Source: an uncultured bacterium (GTDB lineage Bacteria > Fidelibacterota > Marinisomatia > Marinisomatales > JAHJCW01). From it: DNA of 64,000 nt. The position numbers were made by a program, and so were the translations under genes. The notes under the pieces are model-generated. The model ran no database searches and was not told the DNA's origin. It saw nothing but the letters and a program-made list of their open reading frames with translations. Where the stretch lies: positions 10,260 through 74,259 of the forward strand of contig CBDURO010000001.1 of assembly GCA_965369995.1 (NCBI GenBank), read 5' to 3'. Positions 1-9,109 of the stretch are shown here, in pieces. The first letter of the stretch is position 1. Each line of letters opens with the position of its first letter.

Positions 1-2723
1 AAGTATTTAATAGCGTTTAGTACATCGCCTTTCGTGGTGATTATTCTACCTATTTTATTGCGTGCTTCATCAGATTCAATAGTTTTAGAGAAATTTTCAA
101 TTATATATTGATAATTCGATTTTGCAGAATCCATCTTATCCAATTTTTCTTGAGCTTTTCCTATACCCAAATATGCGGCGGCAGTTTCCTGTGAATTAGG
201 ATAATTTCTAATTGCTTTTCGAAAAGTTGCTTCTGCTTTACTATATTCATTTTGTAATGAATATATTTCACCAAGTTTAACAAGAGTATATGGAGCAATC
301 TGACTTTTTGGATAGTTCACATTAATTTTTTCATAATAAGAAATTGCATTACTTGTATTACCTTTCATAAGGTAAGCGTCGCCAAGTCCGAGAAAAGCAT
401 TTGCTGCAAGAGGATCATTAGAATAATTATTTACTATAATATTAAATTGATTAATAGCTTTGTCAGGTTGTTCCTTTACTAAGTATGAATCAGCATTTTT
501 CAGTAGCAATTCAACAGAAAATTTACTTTGTGGATTTTGGTTTACATAATTTTCAACCACTGAATTGGCTTCATCAATTTTACCAAGAATCAAATAGGAA
601 TCTTGAACACCTGTTACAGCATCGCCAATCACAGGACTATTTGGAAAATATGAAATGATATAATTATAATTTTTTATGGCATCTTCATAATTTTGCAAAT
701 TATAGTAGGCATTCCCCATATCAATATATGCATTATCAAGATGGTTACTATTTGGATAATTGTTTATCAATTGTCGATATAAAGTAATAGCATTTTCAGG
801 TTTATTCAATTGTCGCAAATTTAGCGATGCTACCTCAAATATTGCATCATCAGCAAATTCGTTTGACGGATAATTCTCGTAAATTGATTCAAATTCTTTA
901 ATCGCATTGTTACGACGATCCAGGTTTGATAAAGTACGAGCGATTTGAAAGGATGTTCTTATTTTCATTGCCTCATTCGGCTGATCACGTCTAAGAATTT
1001 GCTGAGCTGATTTATATGAAGATAGTGCGTTTTTGAAATCCTTTAAGATGAAATAACAATTTCCTGACTGATATGTTGCATCAAATTTATGCGGGCTATT
1101 TGGATATTGATTGAGTAATGCTGTAAAATCTTTACGGGCTGCTTCATAATCTTTTTGCGCGTACTTGGAATAGGCTCGTGCGTAAATTGCATCCATTCGT
1201 TTGGATGAACCGCTGTAATTTCGTAATAATTGTGTAAATGTATTTTCCGAATTTTTGTATTCCTTATCCTCATATTGACACTCTCCGAGCCAATATAGTG
1301 CTAAATCAACTAATTTGTGTTTAGGATTTGCATCAATAAAATTTTGGAATGTTACTTTAGCGGCATCTCTGTTACCCGATTTATACTGGCTCCACCCAAG
1401 TCGATATTTACTTTCCACAGCAAGCTCCGGATTGGAAGAATTAGTTATCATTTTTGCGTAAACTGCCTCGGCATCACTATAGCGTTCTAACTCTAATAAA
1501 CATTCGCCGGACATTTTAAGTGCTTGATCAAATACATCACTATTGGAATAAGACTTAGTTACTGACGCAAATTTTTGATAGGCAACTTGATAATTTTCTC
1601 TATCAAAATAGCCAAGACCAAGTTCATACAATGCATTATCGGCAAATTGGCTCTCAGACGCCACTGTTGCTAATTCTTCTAAAGTTATATCACCACGTTC
1701 GGGATGACCGGAATTTTTAAGAGATATTCCTAAAAGATATTTAGACTGATTCTGTAACTCGCCGGGACCAGTGTTTTGAACTAAGTTATCATAAATAATT
1801 ACTGCATCAGCAAATCGTTTCTCTTTTAAATATATCCAACCGAGTCCAATTCGTGCTTCGTTAACAAAGTCACTCTGCGGAAAATTTGAAATTACTGTTT
1901 GGAATTCGTTTATCGCTTGATTTAAGCGATGAGTTTCGTAATATGAATCGCCAAGAAAATAATGACCTGAGGATTGATACTGTTCACTCTCTTCTGACAT
2001 ATCTATTGAAGAGAGAATATCAATTGTAGCTTGATATTCCTTGTTTCTCCAATAACATTCACCTATTTTAAATTTAGCATCTGATATCAATTCGCTTTCC
2101 GGAAATAAATCTATTAGTGACTGAAATGCAGATATTGCTTTAGAGTAATTCTTATTCAATAAATTTGACCAACCGATCGAATAATAGGCATAATCTTTCA
2201 GGTCATCTTCGTTCGAATTAATCACTTGCGAGTAGTAATAAGCAGCATTATCGTAATCGGGGATTTCAAAATAACTTTCACCTGCCCAATAATTTGCCTT
2301 ATTTACCAACTCACTTTTTGGAAAATCATCGGCAATCTTTGTGAATTGTCCAGCTGCGTTAACAAAATTGTTCTCCTCGTAATAACTTTCCCCAACTAGA
2401 AAAACAGCATCATCAACCAAGGTGCTGAAAGGAAACTGCACCATGAATTCCTTTAAAATATTACGAACTTCCGGATATTTTTTGAGATAAAACTGACTTT
2501 TCCCTAATAAATAGTAGGCAGATTCACGCCATTCACTCGTTGGATATTTATACAAAAAGTCTTGCAAACGCAGCTCAGTTGATTGGTAAAGTCCATCTTC
2601 GAATAAACCTAATGCTATGAGATAATCATTGCGTTCATTATTGGAAACACCTTGCGCAAAGCTAGAGGACATCGTAAATAATATTACCGTAAAAATAGAT
2701 ATTAGATATTTATTAAACTTCAT
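1..2723 (-). CDS. Large TPR-repeat protein with N-terminal signal peptide (partial; 3' end runs off the left edge)
   Basis: Absent from the supplied ORF track because it has no in-window stop. My own reverse-complement reading puts the ATG at the complement of 2721-2723. The N-terminus MKFNKYLISIFTVILFTMSSSFAQG looks like a signal peptide. The frame appears open down to base 3, spot-checked at 1257-1379 (SGNRDAAKVTFQNFIDANPKHKLVDLALYWLGECQYEDKEY) and at 3-29 (GDVLNAIKY). The sequence is a long series of TPR-type A/Y/G/W-patterned repeats. Confidence 0.75.
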   Translation of the reverse strand, partial: MKFNKYLISIFTVILFTMSSSFAQGVSNNERNDYLIALGLFEDGLYQSTELRLQDFLYKYPTSEWRESAYYLLGKSQFYLKKYPEVRNILKEFMVQFPFSTLVDDAVFLVGESYYEENNFVNAAGQFTKIADDFPKSELVNKANYWAGESYFEIPDYDNAAYYYSQVINSNEDDLKDYAYYSIGWSNLLNKNYSKAISAFQSLIDLFPESELISDAKFKIGECYWRNKEYQATIDILSSIDMSEESEQYQSSGHYFLGDSYYETHRLNQAINEFQTVISNFPQSDFVNEARIGLGWIYLKEKRFADAVIIYDNLVQNTGPGELQNQSKYLLGISLKNSGHPERGDITLEELATVASESQFADNALYELGLGYFDRENYQVAYQKFASVTKSYSNSDVFDQALKMSGECLLELERYSDAEAVYAKMITNSSNPELAVESKYRLGWSQYKSGNRDAAKVTFQNFIDANPKHKLVDLALYWLGECQYEDKEYKNSENTFTQLLRNYSGSSKRMDAIYARAYSKYAQKDYEAARKDFTALLNQYPNSPHKFDATYQSGNCYFILKDFKNALSSYKSAQQILRRDQPNEAMKIRTSFQIARTLSNLDRRNNAIKEFESIYENYPSNEFADDAIFEVASLNLRQLNKPENAITLYRQLINNYPNSNHLDNAYIDMGNAYYNLQNYEDAIKNYNYIISYFPNSPVIGDAVTGVQDSYLILGKIDEANSVVENYVNQNPQSKFSVELLLKNADSYLVKEQPDKAINQFNIIVNNYSNDPLAANAFLGLGDAYLMKGNTSNAISYYEKINVNYPKSQIAPYTLVKLGEIYSLQNEYSKAEATFRKAIRNYPNSQETAAAYLGIGKAQEKLDKMDSAKSNYQYIIENFSKTIESDEARNKIGRIITTKGDVLNAIKY

Positions 2724-2835
2724 CTTGATAGGATTTTCTTTTTACAATGTGGTAATTTAAGAAAATATTTGATAATTCGGGTTCATTTTATGTGTTATTT
2801 CACGATAACAAAATGGGAAAGTTTCATTATAAAGA

Positions 2836-2985
2836 GGGATCAGGGGTCAGAGGTTGGGGAGCAGTAGCAGTAGCATCTTTAATTGATAGTCAATCGATAA
2901 TAGTAAATAGTCAATAATCAATTTCTCCGTGTCCTCTGCCTGTCCGCCGTAGCCTTGGCGTAGGAGGGTGGCAATTCAACTTTAA
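2836..2985 (+). repeat. Related repeat modules in the divergent TPR / porX-like spacer
   Basis: GGGATCAGGGGTCAGAGGTTGGGGAGCAGTAGCAGTAGCA is followed by six heptamers, AATTGAT AGTCAAT CGATAAT AGTAAAT AGTCAAT AATCAAT (2881-2922), and then a GC-rich tract with CGTAGC-type words (2923-2980). Confidence 0.45.
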
Positions 2986-3028
2986 TCAGACTAAATTCCG
3001 CTGCAATAAATATGAATAAATTTATAAA

Positions 3029-4585
3029 TTGAACAAAACACGCGGAAATATAATTTGGGTTGATGATGAAATAGATCATCTAAAACCGCATATAATATCT
3101 TTAGAGGATAAGGGGTATAAAGTTACACCAATATCCAACGGATGGGATGCTATAACAGCAGTGAAAACACATTCTTATGATTTGGTTCTTATGGATCATT
3201 TTATGCCCGGTATAGATGGTATTGAAACAGTGCGCCGAATAAAGGAAATTAAACCTGAATTACCTGTTATAATGATCACAAAAAGTGAAGAAGAATGGCT
3301 CATGGATGAAGCCATCTCTGAGCAAGTTGCTGAATATCTAATCAAACCGGTAAATCCTTCACAGATTTTTAGCGCATGTAAACGTGTCCTTGAAAAATCT
3401 CGTATTATTGATGAGAAAACGACGAGTGATTATTTAAAGGAATTTAGAGAAATCGAATCGAGAATTCAAGAATCCATGACAATCGATGATTGGTGGAATC
3501 TGTATAATAAATTAGTCGGTTGGCAGTTAAAATTTGATGCAAAACGTAAGTCTGAATTAACGGGAATATTGGATGAACAGATTCAATCTTGTAATCGTGA
3601 ATTTATTCATTTTATTGATAATGAGTATACTGGATGGTTGAAAAATGATGATCGTCCACCACTTTCTCCTGATATTTTACCGAGATTTTGTCTCCCAAAA
3701 CTTGAAAACAAAGAAAAGGTCTGTTTATTTGTTGTTGATTGTTTGCGATATGATCATTTAATGGCAATATTGCCACAAATTTCTCAGTATTTCGATATTC
3801 AAATGGATTATGCCGTTTCCATTTTACCAACTGCCACACCATTTGCAAGGAACGCTATATTTAGCGGTTTATACCCCGATGAAATGTTCACAAAATATCC
3901 TGAACAGAAAAAATTGATTGCGAATCACGAAGCACACCAAAATAAATTTGAAGCCGAATTTCTCCAGGATTTATTAAAACGCAATGGCTTAACAAATATT
4001 AGTTCTCATTATCACAAAATTTGGAAAGCCGAAGAAGGGCAGAGGTTTAATAATCGCTTAAGCGACTACATGAATCACGATTTGATAGCCGTTGTGATTA
4101 ATTTTATTGATTTACTGGCACACAAAAGATCTGAATCCAATATTATAAAAGAAATGGTACCGGATGAAACCGGCTATCGCCAAGCAGTACGAAATTGGTT
4201 TGAAAATTCATGGTTTTTTGAAAGCTTAATTCAACTCGCCGAGAGTGATTATCATGTAATTATTACAAGTGATCATGGTAGTGTTAGGGTGCAAAAGGGA
4301 GTGATGGTTGCTGCTGACAAAGAGGCATCATCAGGTGTTCGTTATAAATATGGTAGGAATCTTAATAGCAAAGATAAAAACGCCTTAGTTATTAAAAAAC
4401 CAAGTTTGTATCGGCTTCCTGATATTGGTTCGCAGTCGAGTTATTTAATCGCTAAAGGCGATGCATATTTTCTTTATCCAACGCAGCTTCATCAATACCA
4501 AACTGTTTTCAAGGATAGTTTCCAACATGGTGGCATTTCAATGGAAGAAATGTTAATTCCGGTTGCCACATTAAAAGGTAAATAA
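3029..4585 (+). CDS. PorX-like response regulator: CheY receiver fused to a PglZ / alkaline-phosphatase-superfamily domain
   Basis: 518 aa. Receiver motifs IIWVDDE, DLVLMDHFMPGIDGIE, ITKSEE and LIKP. C-terminal PglZ-type motifs FVVDCLRYDH, LPTATPFARNAIFSG and ITSDHGS. TTG start as in the ORF track. No adjacent histidine kinase. Confidence 0.8.
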   Translation: MNKTRGNIIWVDDEIDHLKPHIISLEDKGYKVTPISNGWDAITAVKTHSYDLVLMDHFMPGIDGIETVRRIKEIKPELPVIMITKSEEEWLMDEAISEQVAEYLIKPVNPSQIFSACKRVLEKSRIIDEKTTSDYLKEFREIESRIQESMTIDDWWNLYNKLVGWQLKFDAKRKSELTGILDEQIQSCNREFIHFIDNEYTGWLKNDDRPPLSPDILPRFCLPKLENKEKVCLFVVDCLRYDHLMAILPQISQYFDIQMDYAVSILPTATPFARNAIFSGLYPDEMFTKYPEQKKLIANHEAHQNKFEAEFLQDLLKRNGLTNISSHYHKIWKAEEGQRFNNRLSDYMNHDLIAVVINFIDLLAHKRSESNIIKEMVPDETGYRQAVRNWFENSWFFESLIQLAESDYHVIITSDHGSVRVQKGVMVAADKEASSGVRYKYGRNLNSKDKNALVIKKPSLYRLPDIGSQSSYLIAKGDAYFLYPTQLHQYQTVFKDSFQHGGISMEEMLIPVATLKGK

Positions 4586-5010
4586 TGTTGGGTACATTTA
4601 TAACTAAATCTCTGGAGGAAACAAAAAAATTAGCTGCAAAAATCGCAAATGAAGTTGCGATAGGTAATGTGACTGCCTTGATTGGTGATTTAGGTACAGG
4701 GAAAACAGTTTTTGCGCAAGGTTTCGCTAAAGCGATGGGTATTAAGGAAACGGTGGGGTCTCCTACATTTAAACTTATTAGTGAATATGAGGGTAAAAAA
4801 TCTTGGTTATATCATATTGATTGTTACAGACTAAAAAATGCACAACAATTTATAAATATAGGTGGGGAAGAATATTTAGCGCCTGACAAAGGTATTACTT
4901 TAATAGAATGGGCGGATATTATTAACGAAATCTTACCAAAAGGTGCAATTATAATTAAATTTAAACGAATATCCGGCAAGCCTAATCACCGAGAAATAAT
5001 TATAAGCTGA
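4585..5010 (+). CDS. tsaE: tRNA t6A37 biosynthesis ATPase TsaE
   Basis: 141 aa. Walker A GDLGTGKT, plus HIDCYRL and IEWAD motifs. TAATG overlap with the upstream stop. Confidence 0.9.
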   Translation: MLGTFITKSLEETKKLAAKIANEVAIGNVTALIGDLGTGKTVFAQGFAKAMGIKETVGSPTFKLISEYEGKKSWLYHIDCYRLKNAQQFINIGGEEYLAPDKGITLIEWADIINEILPKGAIIIKFKRISGKPNHREIIIS

Positions 5011-5015
5011 TTTCC

Positions 5016-5723
5016 ATGAAATTAATTGCGATAGAAACATCAACCGATATATGTAGCATTGCCTATATTCATAATGGAGCGTGTGAAAATATTATTGAAG
5101 AAAAAATTCCAAGGCAACATGCAGAGAAATTACCATTGTTTTACGATGAATTAGTAAAACTGACCGGATTGAGATTATCTGAAATAGATGCAATTGCTGT
5201 GTCAATTGGTCCGGGTTCTTTCACCGGATTAAGAATTGGTTTAAGTTATGCAAAAGGATTAGCTTGTGGTTACAAAAAACCGATTGTGCCGGTTCCAACA
5301 ATGCAATCTCTATTACATGGAAGTGGGATTGAAGTTGGAAATGTTGCGGTAGTAATGCGTTCGCATGGGGATAAGTATTTTGTCTGGAATCAGGTGTCAG
5401 GGATCATTGGTCAGGGTTCAGGAGGCAGTAGCAGTAAATATTCACGTATTCACGTGTTAACGTGCGAAAGTGTTAATGATTTAGGAATTGATTTGCCCAA
5501 TACCAAAATTATTTACTGGAACTGTGAAAAATTGTTTGGTGAAGTTGAAAAAATGCAAAATGTTATGCCCGTAAAACCTTCAGCTAAGTGGATAGGAGAG
5601 TTAGCCTATCAAAATTATAACAAATGGGTAGTTGAAAACCCATACAAATTGGTACCGGATTATGTATCGCCTTTTAAAATCGGAAATCTGAAATCTGAAA
5701 GAAGATTTATGAGAAGATGTTAA
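5016..5723 (+). CDS. tsaB: tRNA t6A37 biosynthesis protein TsaB (YeaZ family)
   Basis: 235 aa. N-terminal KLIAIETST and GPGSFTGLRIG motifs. The central variable region and the last ~14 codons are encoded by repeat-family-like DNA (see findings). Confidence 0.85.
   Translation: MKLIAIETSTDICSIAYIHNGACENIIEEKIPRQHAEKLPLFYDELVKLTGLRLSEIDAIAVSIGPGSFTGLRIGLSYAKGLACGYKKPIVPVPTMQSLLHGSGIEVGNVAVVMRSHGDKYFVWNQVSGIIGQGSGGSSSKYSRIHVLTCESVNDLGIDLPNTKIIYWNCEKLFGEVEKMQNVMPVKPSAKWIGELAYQNYNKWVVENPYKLVPDYVSPFKIGNLKSERRFMRRC
5388..5483 (+). repeat. Repeat-family-like module set inside the tsaB coding sequence
   Basis: ATCAGGTGTCAGGG...GCAGTAGCAGTA (5389-5436) parallels ATCAGGGGTCAGAGG...GCAGTAGCAGTA (2839-2872). 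It is followed by ATTCACGT ATTCACGT GTTAACGTG, which resembles the GTTAACGTG core. The reading frame is maintained throughout. Confidence 0.5.
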
Positions 5724-5935
5724 TGTATTCAGGTGTTAATTAGTTTAAGAATGGTTCTGTGAATGACGACTAATGACTACTTAATAATCATCAATGACAG
5801 CGCAGCGTATCCATTTTTACAACTTAACTCTTTTAACTTGGGACTTAAAACTTCTAAATAAATTTGTATATTCCCGGTCAATAAAAATTATAAAATATCA
5901 ATATTCAATAGTAAATAGACAATAGAAAATATTCA
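5682..5935 (+). repeat. Degenerate short-unit repeat modules at the tsaB 3' end and tsaB-accD spacer
   Basis: GGAAATCTGAAATCTGAAAG resembles AGAAATCAGAAATCTGAG of copy 1. AATGAC-type units lie at 5761-5800. A heptamer array CAATATT CAATAGT AAATAGA CAATAGA AAATATT lies at 5899-5933, and it shares AATAGTAAATAG with 2899-2910. Confidence 0.45.
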
Positions 5936-5942
5936 AATACAA

Positions 5943-6779
5943 ATGGCATGGTTTCACAGAAAAGACGAAAAATTTAAAGATTCACAAAAGAAATCTATTC
6001 CGGATGACTTATGGGTAAAATGTCCATCTTGTTCGGAAATATTATATAAACCGGAGTTGAAGAAAAATCATTCGGTTTGTCGTCATTGTAAACACCATTT
6101 CAGGATAAATTCAACCGAATATATTAAATTGATATTAGATGATGGAACAGAAAAGGAGGTTTTTGGTAATATCACTTCCGTAGATAAATTAAAGTTCAAA
6201 TCGGAAAGGAAATATACCGATCAGTTAAAAATAGCGAAAAATAAAACAAATGATTTAGAAGCAATCCGTTGTTTTGAAGGTAATATTAGTAAGATGCCCA
6301 TAATACTAGGTGTGATGAATTTTGAATTTATCGGTGGAAGCATGGGCTCTGTTGTAGGAGAAAAAGTTTCTCGCGCAATTAAGCTTGCTGATAAAAAGAA
6401 AGTACCTCTGATAATTGTATGTGCTTCCGGTGGTGCACGTATGCAGGAAGGAGTATTATCGCTGATGCAATTAGCGAAAACAAGTGCCAATCTTGCTAAA
6501 TTTATGGACAATGGTGGATTGTATATACCGTTATTAACTAATCCTACAACCGGTGGTGTGACAGCAAGTTACGGGATGTTAGGTGACATTAATCTCGCAG
6601 AACCAAAAGCTTTAATTGGATTTGCCGGACCAAGAGTTATTAAACAAACGATTAGTCAAGATTTACCTGAAGGATTCCAACGATCAGAATTTTTATTAGA
6701 AAAAGGATTTATTGATCTAATAGTACCACGTTCCGAATTAAAAGATACTTTAACAACTGTATTAAATACATTATTATGA
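5943..6779 (+). CDS. accD: Acetyl-CoA carboxylase carboxyltransferase beta subunit
   Basis: 278 aa. N-terminal C4 zinc ribbon CPSC...CRHC, plus GGSMG and SGGARMQEG carboxyltransferase motifs. Confidence 0.93.
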   Translation: MAWFHRKDEKFKDSQKKSIPDDLWVKCPSCSEILYKPELKKNHSVCRHCKHHFRINSTEYIKLILDDGTEKEVFGNITSVDKLKFKSERKYTDQLKIAKNKTNDLEAIRCFEGNISKMPIILGVMNFEFIGGSMGSVVGEKVSRAIKLADKKKVPLIIVCASGGARMQEGVLSLMQLAKTSANLAKFMDNGGLYIPLLTNPTTGGVTASYGMLGDINLAEPKALIGFAGPRVIKQTISQDLPEGFQRSEFLLEKGFIDLIVPRSELKDTLTTVLNTLL

Positions 6780-7537
6780 ACAAACGCCCAAATATACTTG
6801 TCACGAACGATGATGGAATTTTTGCACCCGGTATTTATGCTCTGTGGGAGGCAATGCAAGAAATCGGTGATGTAACAGTAGTAGCACCCGACACAGAAAA
6901 AAGCGCCGTAGGACATGCAATTACCATAACAGATCCGATAAGAGTGGAACAAATTCATAGAAAGAATGGATTTGAAGGATTTGCAGTTAAAGGTACACCG
7001 GCAGATTGTGTAAAAATTGCGGGTCGATCATTAATGAAAACACCTCCTGATATTGTAGTCTCGGGAATTAATTCAGGTGCAAATGTCGGAAGTAATATTA
7101 TTTACTCAGGAACAGTATCGGCTGCAACAGAAGGAACAATACTTGGCATTCCCTCAATAGCGATTAGTTTAAATTCCATAAGGGGTGGCGATATGACTGC
7201 ATCGCAAAAAGTTGCGAAAATTGTAGTCAAAAAGGTACTTGAAAATGGATTGCCCATGGGAGTTTTACTAAACGTGAACGTACCTAATATTCCAGAAGAA
7301 TCCATCAAAGGATATCGTATTACGAAACAAGGGAAATTAGTTTTTAAGGATCAATTTGAAAAACGCGAAGACCCACGTGGAAAGTTTTACTATTGGATGA
7401 AGGGTGAAAATGTTAATGATACTAACAACGATACTGACGGATATGCTATTCAAAACGATTTTGTGAGTATAACACCAATACATTATCAGCTAACTAATGA
7501 ATCGTTTTTAAAGACACTTAAAAGTTGGGAATTTTAG
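6776..7537 (+). CDS. surE: 5'/3'-nucleotidase SurE
   Basis: 253 aa. ILVTNDDGI and SGINSGAN motifs. ATGA overlap with accD. Confidence 0.92.
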   Translation: MNKRPNILVTNDDGIFAPGIYALWEAMQEIGDVTVVAPDTEKSAVGHAITITDPIRVEQIHRKNGFEGFAVKGTPADCVKIAGRSLMKTPPDIVVSGINSGANVGSNIIYSGTVSAATEGTILGIPSIAISLNSIRGGDMTASQKVAKIVVKKVLENGLPMGVLLNVNVPNIPEESIKGYRITKQGKLVFKDQFEKREDPRGKFYYWMKGENVNDTNNDTDGYAIQNDFVSITPIHYQLTNESFLKTLKSWEF

Positions 7538-9093
7538 TGGATTCACACCATAATCAGGGGGTTGTAATACTTGATTTTGGTTCGCAATATACTCGGTTAA
7601 TTGCACGTCGGATACGTGAGCAAAATATTTTTTCTGAAATATTACCTTCGAATACTAGAAGTGATAAAATTCGCAGACATAATCCAAAAGCACTCATTTT
7701 GTCAGGTGGTCCTTCTAGTGTATATTCTAAATCTGCCCCAAAACATGATGAATCAATTTTCGATTTAGACATACCTATTCTCGGTATCTGTTATGGTTTA
7801 CATTTGCTAGTGCAGCATTATGGCGGAAAAATCGACACTTCTGATATTAAGGAATATGGATTTGATGAAATAAGAATTGGCATTAAATCTGATTTATTCG
7901 ATACTATTCCTAGTACAACTAAAGTATGGATGAGCCATGCCGATAAAGTATCTGAATTACCAAAAAATTGGGAAATAACCGCTGAATCATCTAATGGAAT
8001 TGTGGCAAGTTTAGAGAGTAAATCTGAAAAACGATATGCAACACAATTTCATCCGGAAGTGGATCACACAGAGAAAGGGAAAGAAATATTATCAAATTTT
8101 TTATTCAAAATAGCAAAATGTAATCCAACTTGGACACCCGATAATGTTATCAGTGAAAAAATCGCTGAAATACAACAAACCGTAGGCAAATCGGGGAAAG
8201 TGTTAACAGCTGTTAGTGGCGGTGTAGATTCATCGGTTGTTGCAGCACTATTAAATAAAGCTATTGGCAACAGAGCGATATCAGTAATCATAGATCATGG
8301 GATGCTAAGGAAAAATGAAGCCCAAAATTGTATAAAATCACTCAAAGAACACCTTGGTGTAAATATACAATTATTTGATGAATCGGAAATATTCTTAAAA
8401 CGTCTCAAAGGCGTTAAAAATCCTGAGAAGAAAAGAAAAATTATAGGTGAACAATTTATAAGATCCTTTGAAAAAATAGCTAAAAGAATTGGTCATACAG
8501 ATTATTTAGCTCAAGGAACTTTATATACAGATGTGATTGAAAGTGGTGGACTTGGGATCACAAATGCAGCACAAGTAATTAAAAGTCATCATAATGTTGG
8601 TGGGCTTCCTAAAAATATGGAATTAAAACTAATTGAACCTTTAAGAGAATTGTTCAAGGATGAAGTGAGAAAAATCGGTATAGAATTAGGATTGTCTGAT
8701 AAACTTTTAAAACGTCATCCATTTCCCGGACCCGGACTAGCGGTAAGAATTCTTGGTTCAATTACTCAAAAACGAGTAAAGATGTTACAGGAAGCTGATG
8801 ATATCTTTATTAGTATTTTACAGGAAGAAGGTATTTATGATGATATCTGGCAGGCTTTTGCGGTGCTAATACCGGTTAAAACAGTGGGAGTGATGGGAGA
8901 CAACAGAACGTATGAAAATCTCATAGGTTTGCGAGCAGTTACGAGTTTGGATGGTATGACCGCAGACTGGTCTCGGATACCGGACAAAATATTGTCAAAA
9001 ATTTCAAATAAGATAGTAAATTCTGTAAGCGGTATTAATCGCGTTGTATATGATATAACATCAAAACCGCCCGGAACTATCGAATGGGAATAA
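7525..9093 (+). CDS. guaA: GMP synthase (glutamine-hydrolysing)
   Basis: 522 aa. Glutamine amidotransferase motifs (LDFGSQYT, GICYG, HPE), ATP-pyrophosphatase P-loop SGGVDSSV, and C-terminal GTIEWE. The start is uncertain: TTG at 7525 or GTG at 7537, the latter overlapping the surE TAG. Confidence 0.93.
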   Translation: MGILVDSHHNQGVVILDFGSQYTRLIARRIREQNIFSEILPSNTRSDKIRRHNPKALILSGGPSSVYSKSAPKHDESIFDLDIPILGICYGLHLLVQHYGGKIDTSDIKEYGFDEIRIGIKSDLFDTIPSTTKVWMSHADKVSELPKNWEITAESSNGIVASLESKSEKRYATQFHPEVDHTEKGKEILSNFLFKIAKCNPTWTPDNVISEKIAEIQQTVGKSGKVLTAVSGGVDSSVVAALLNKAIGNRAISVIIDHGMLRKNEAQNCIKSLKEHLGVNIQLFDESEIFLKRLKGVKNPEKKRKIIGEQFIRSFEKIAKRIGHTDYLAQGTLYTDVIESGGLGITNAAQVIKSHHNVGGLPKNMELKLIEPLRELFKDEVRKIGIELGLSDKLLKRHPFPGPGLAVRILGSITQKRVKMLQEADDIFISILQEEGIYDDIWQAFAVLIPVKTVGVMGDNRTYENLIGLRAVTSLDGMTADWSRIPDKILSKISNKIVNSVSGINRVVYDITSKPPGTIEWE

Positions 9094-9109
9094 TTTATAA
9101 AGGAAATAT

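Noticed and set aside
1043-1273. 76-aa minus-strand ORF, the only track ORF in the first 2.7 kb
   Set aside because: It is in a different frame from the long open TPR reading frame, which I verified by hand across this region. It is a nested spurious ORF.
3029-4585. The PglZ domain as a marker of a BREX/Pgl phage-defence system
   Set aside because: The PglZ domain is fused to a CheY receiver, which is the PorX architecture. None of the other BREX genes (pglX methyltransferase, brxC ATPase, brxL and so on) are nearby, and the neighbours are tsaE and tsaB.
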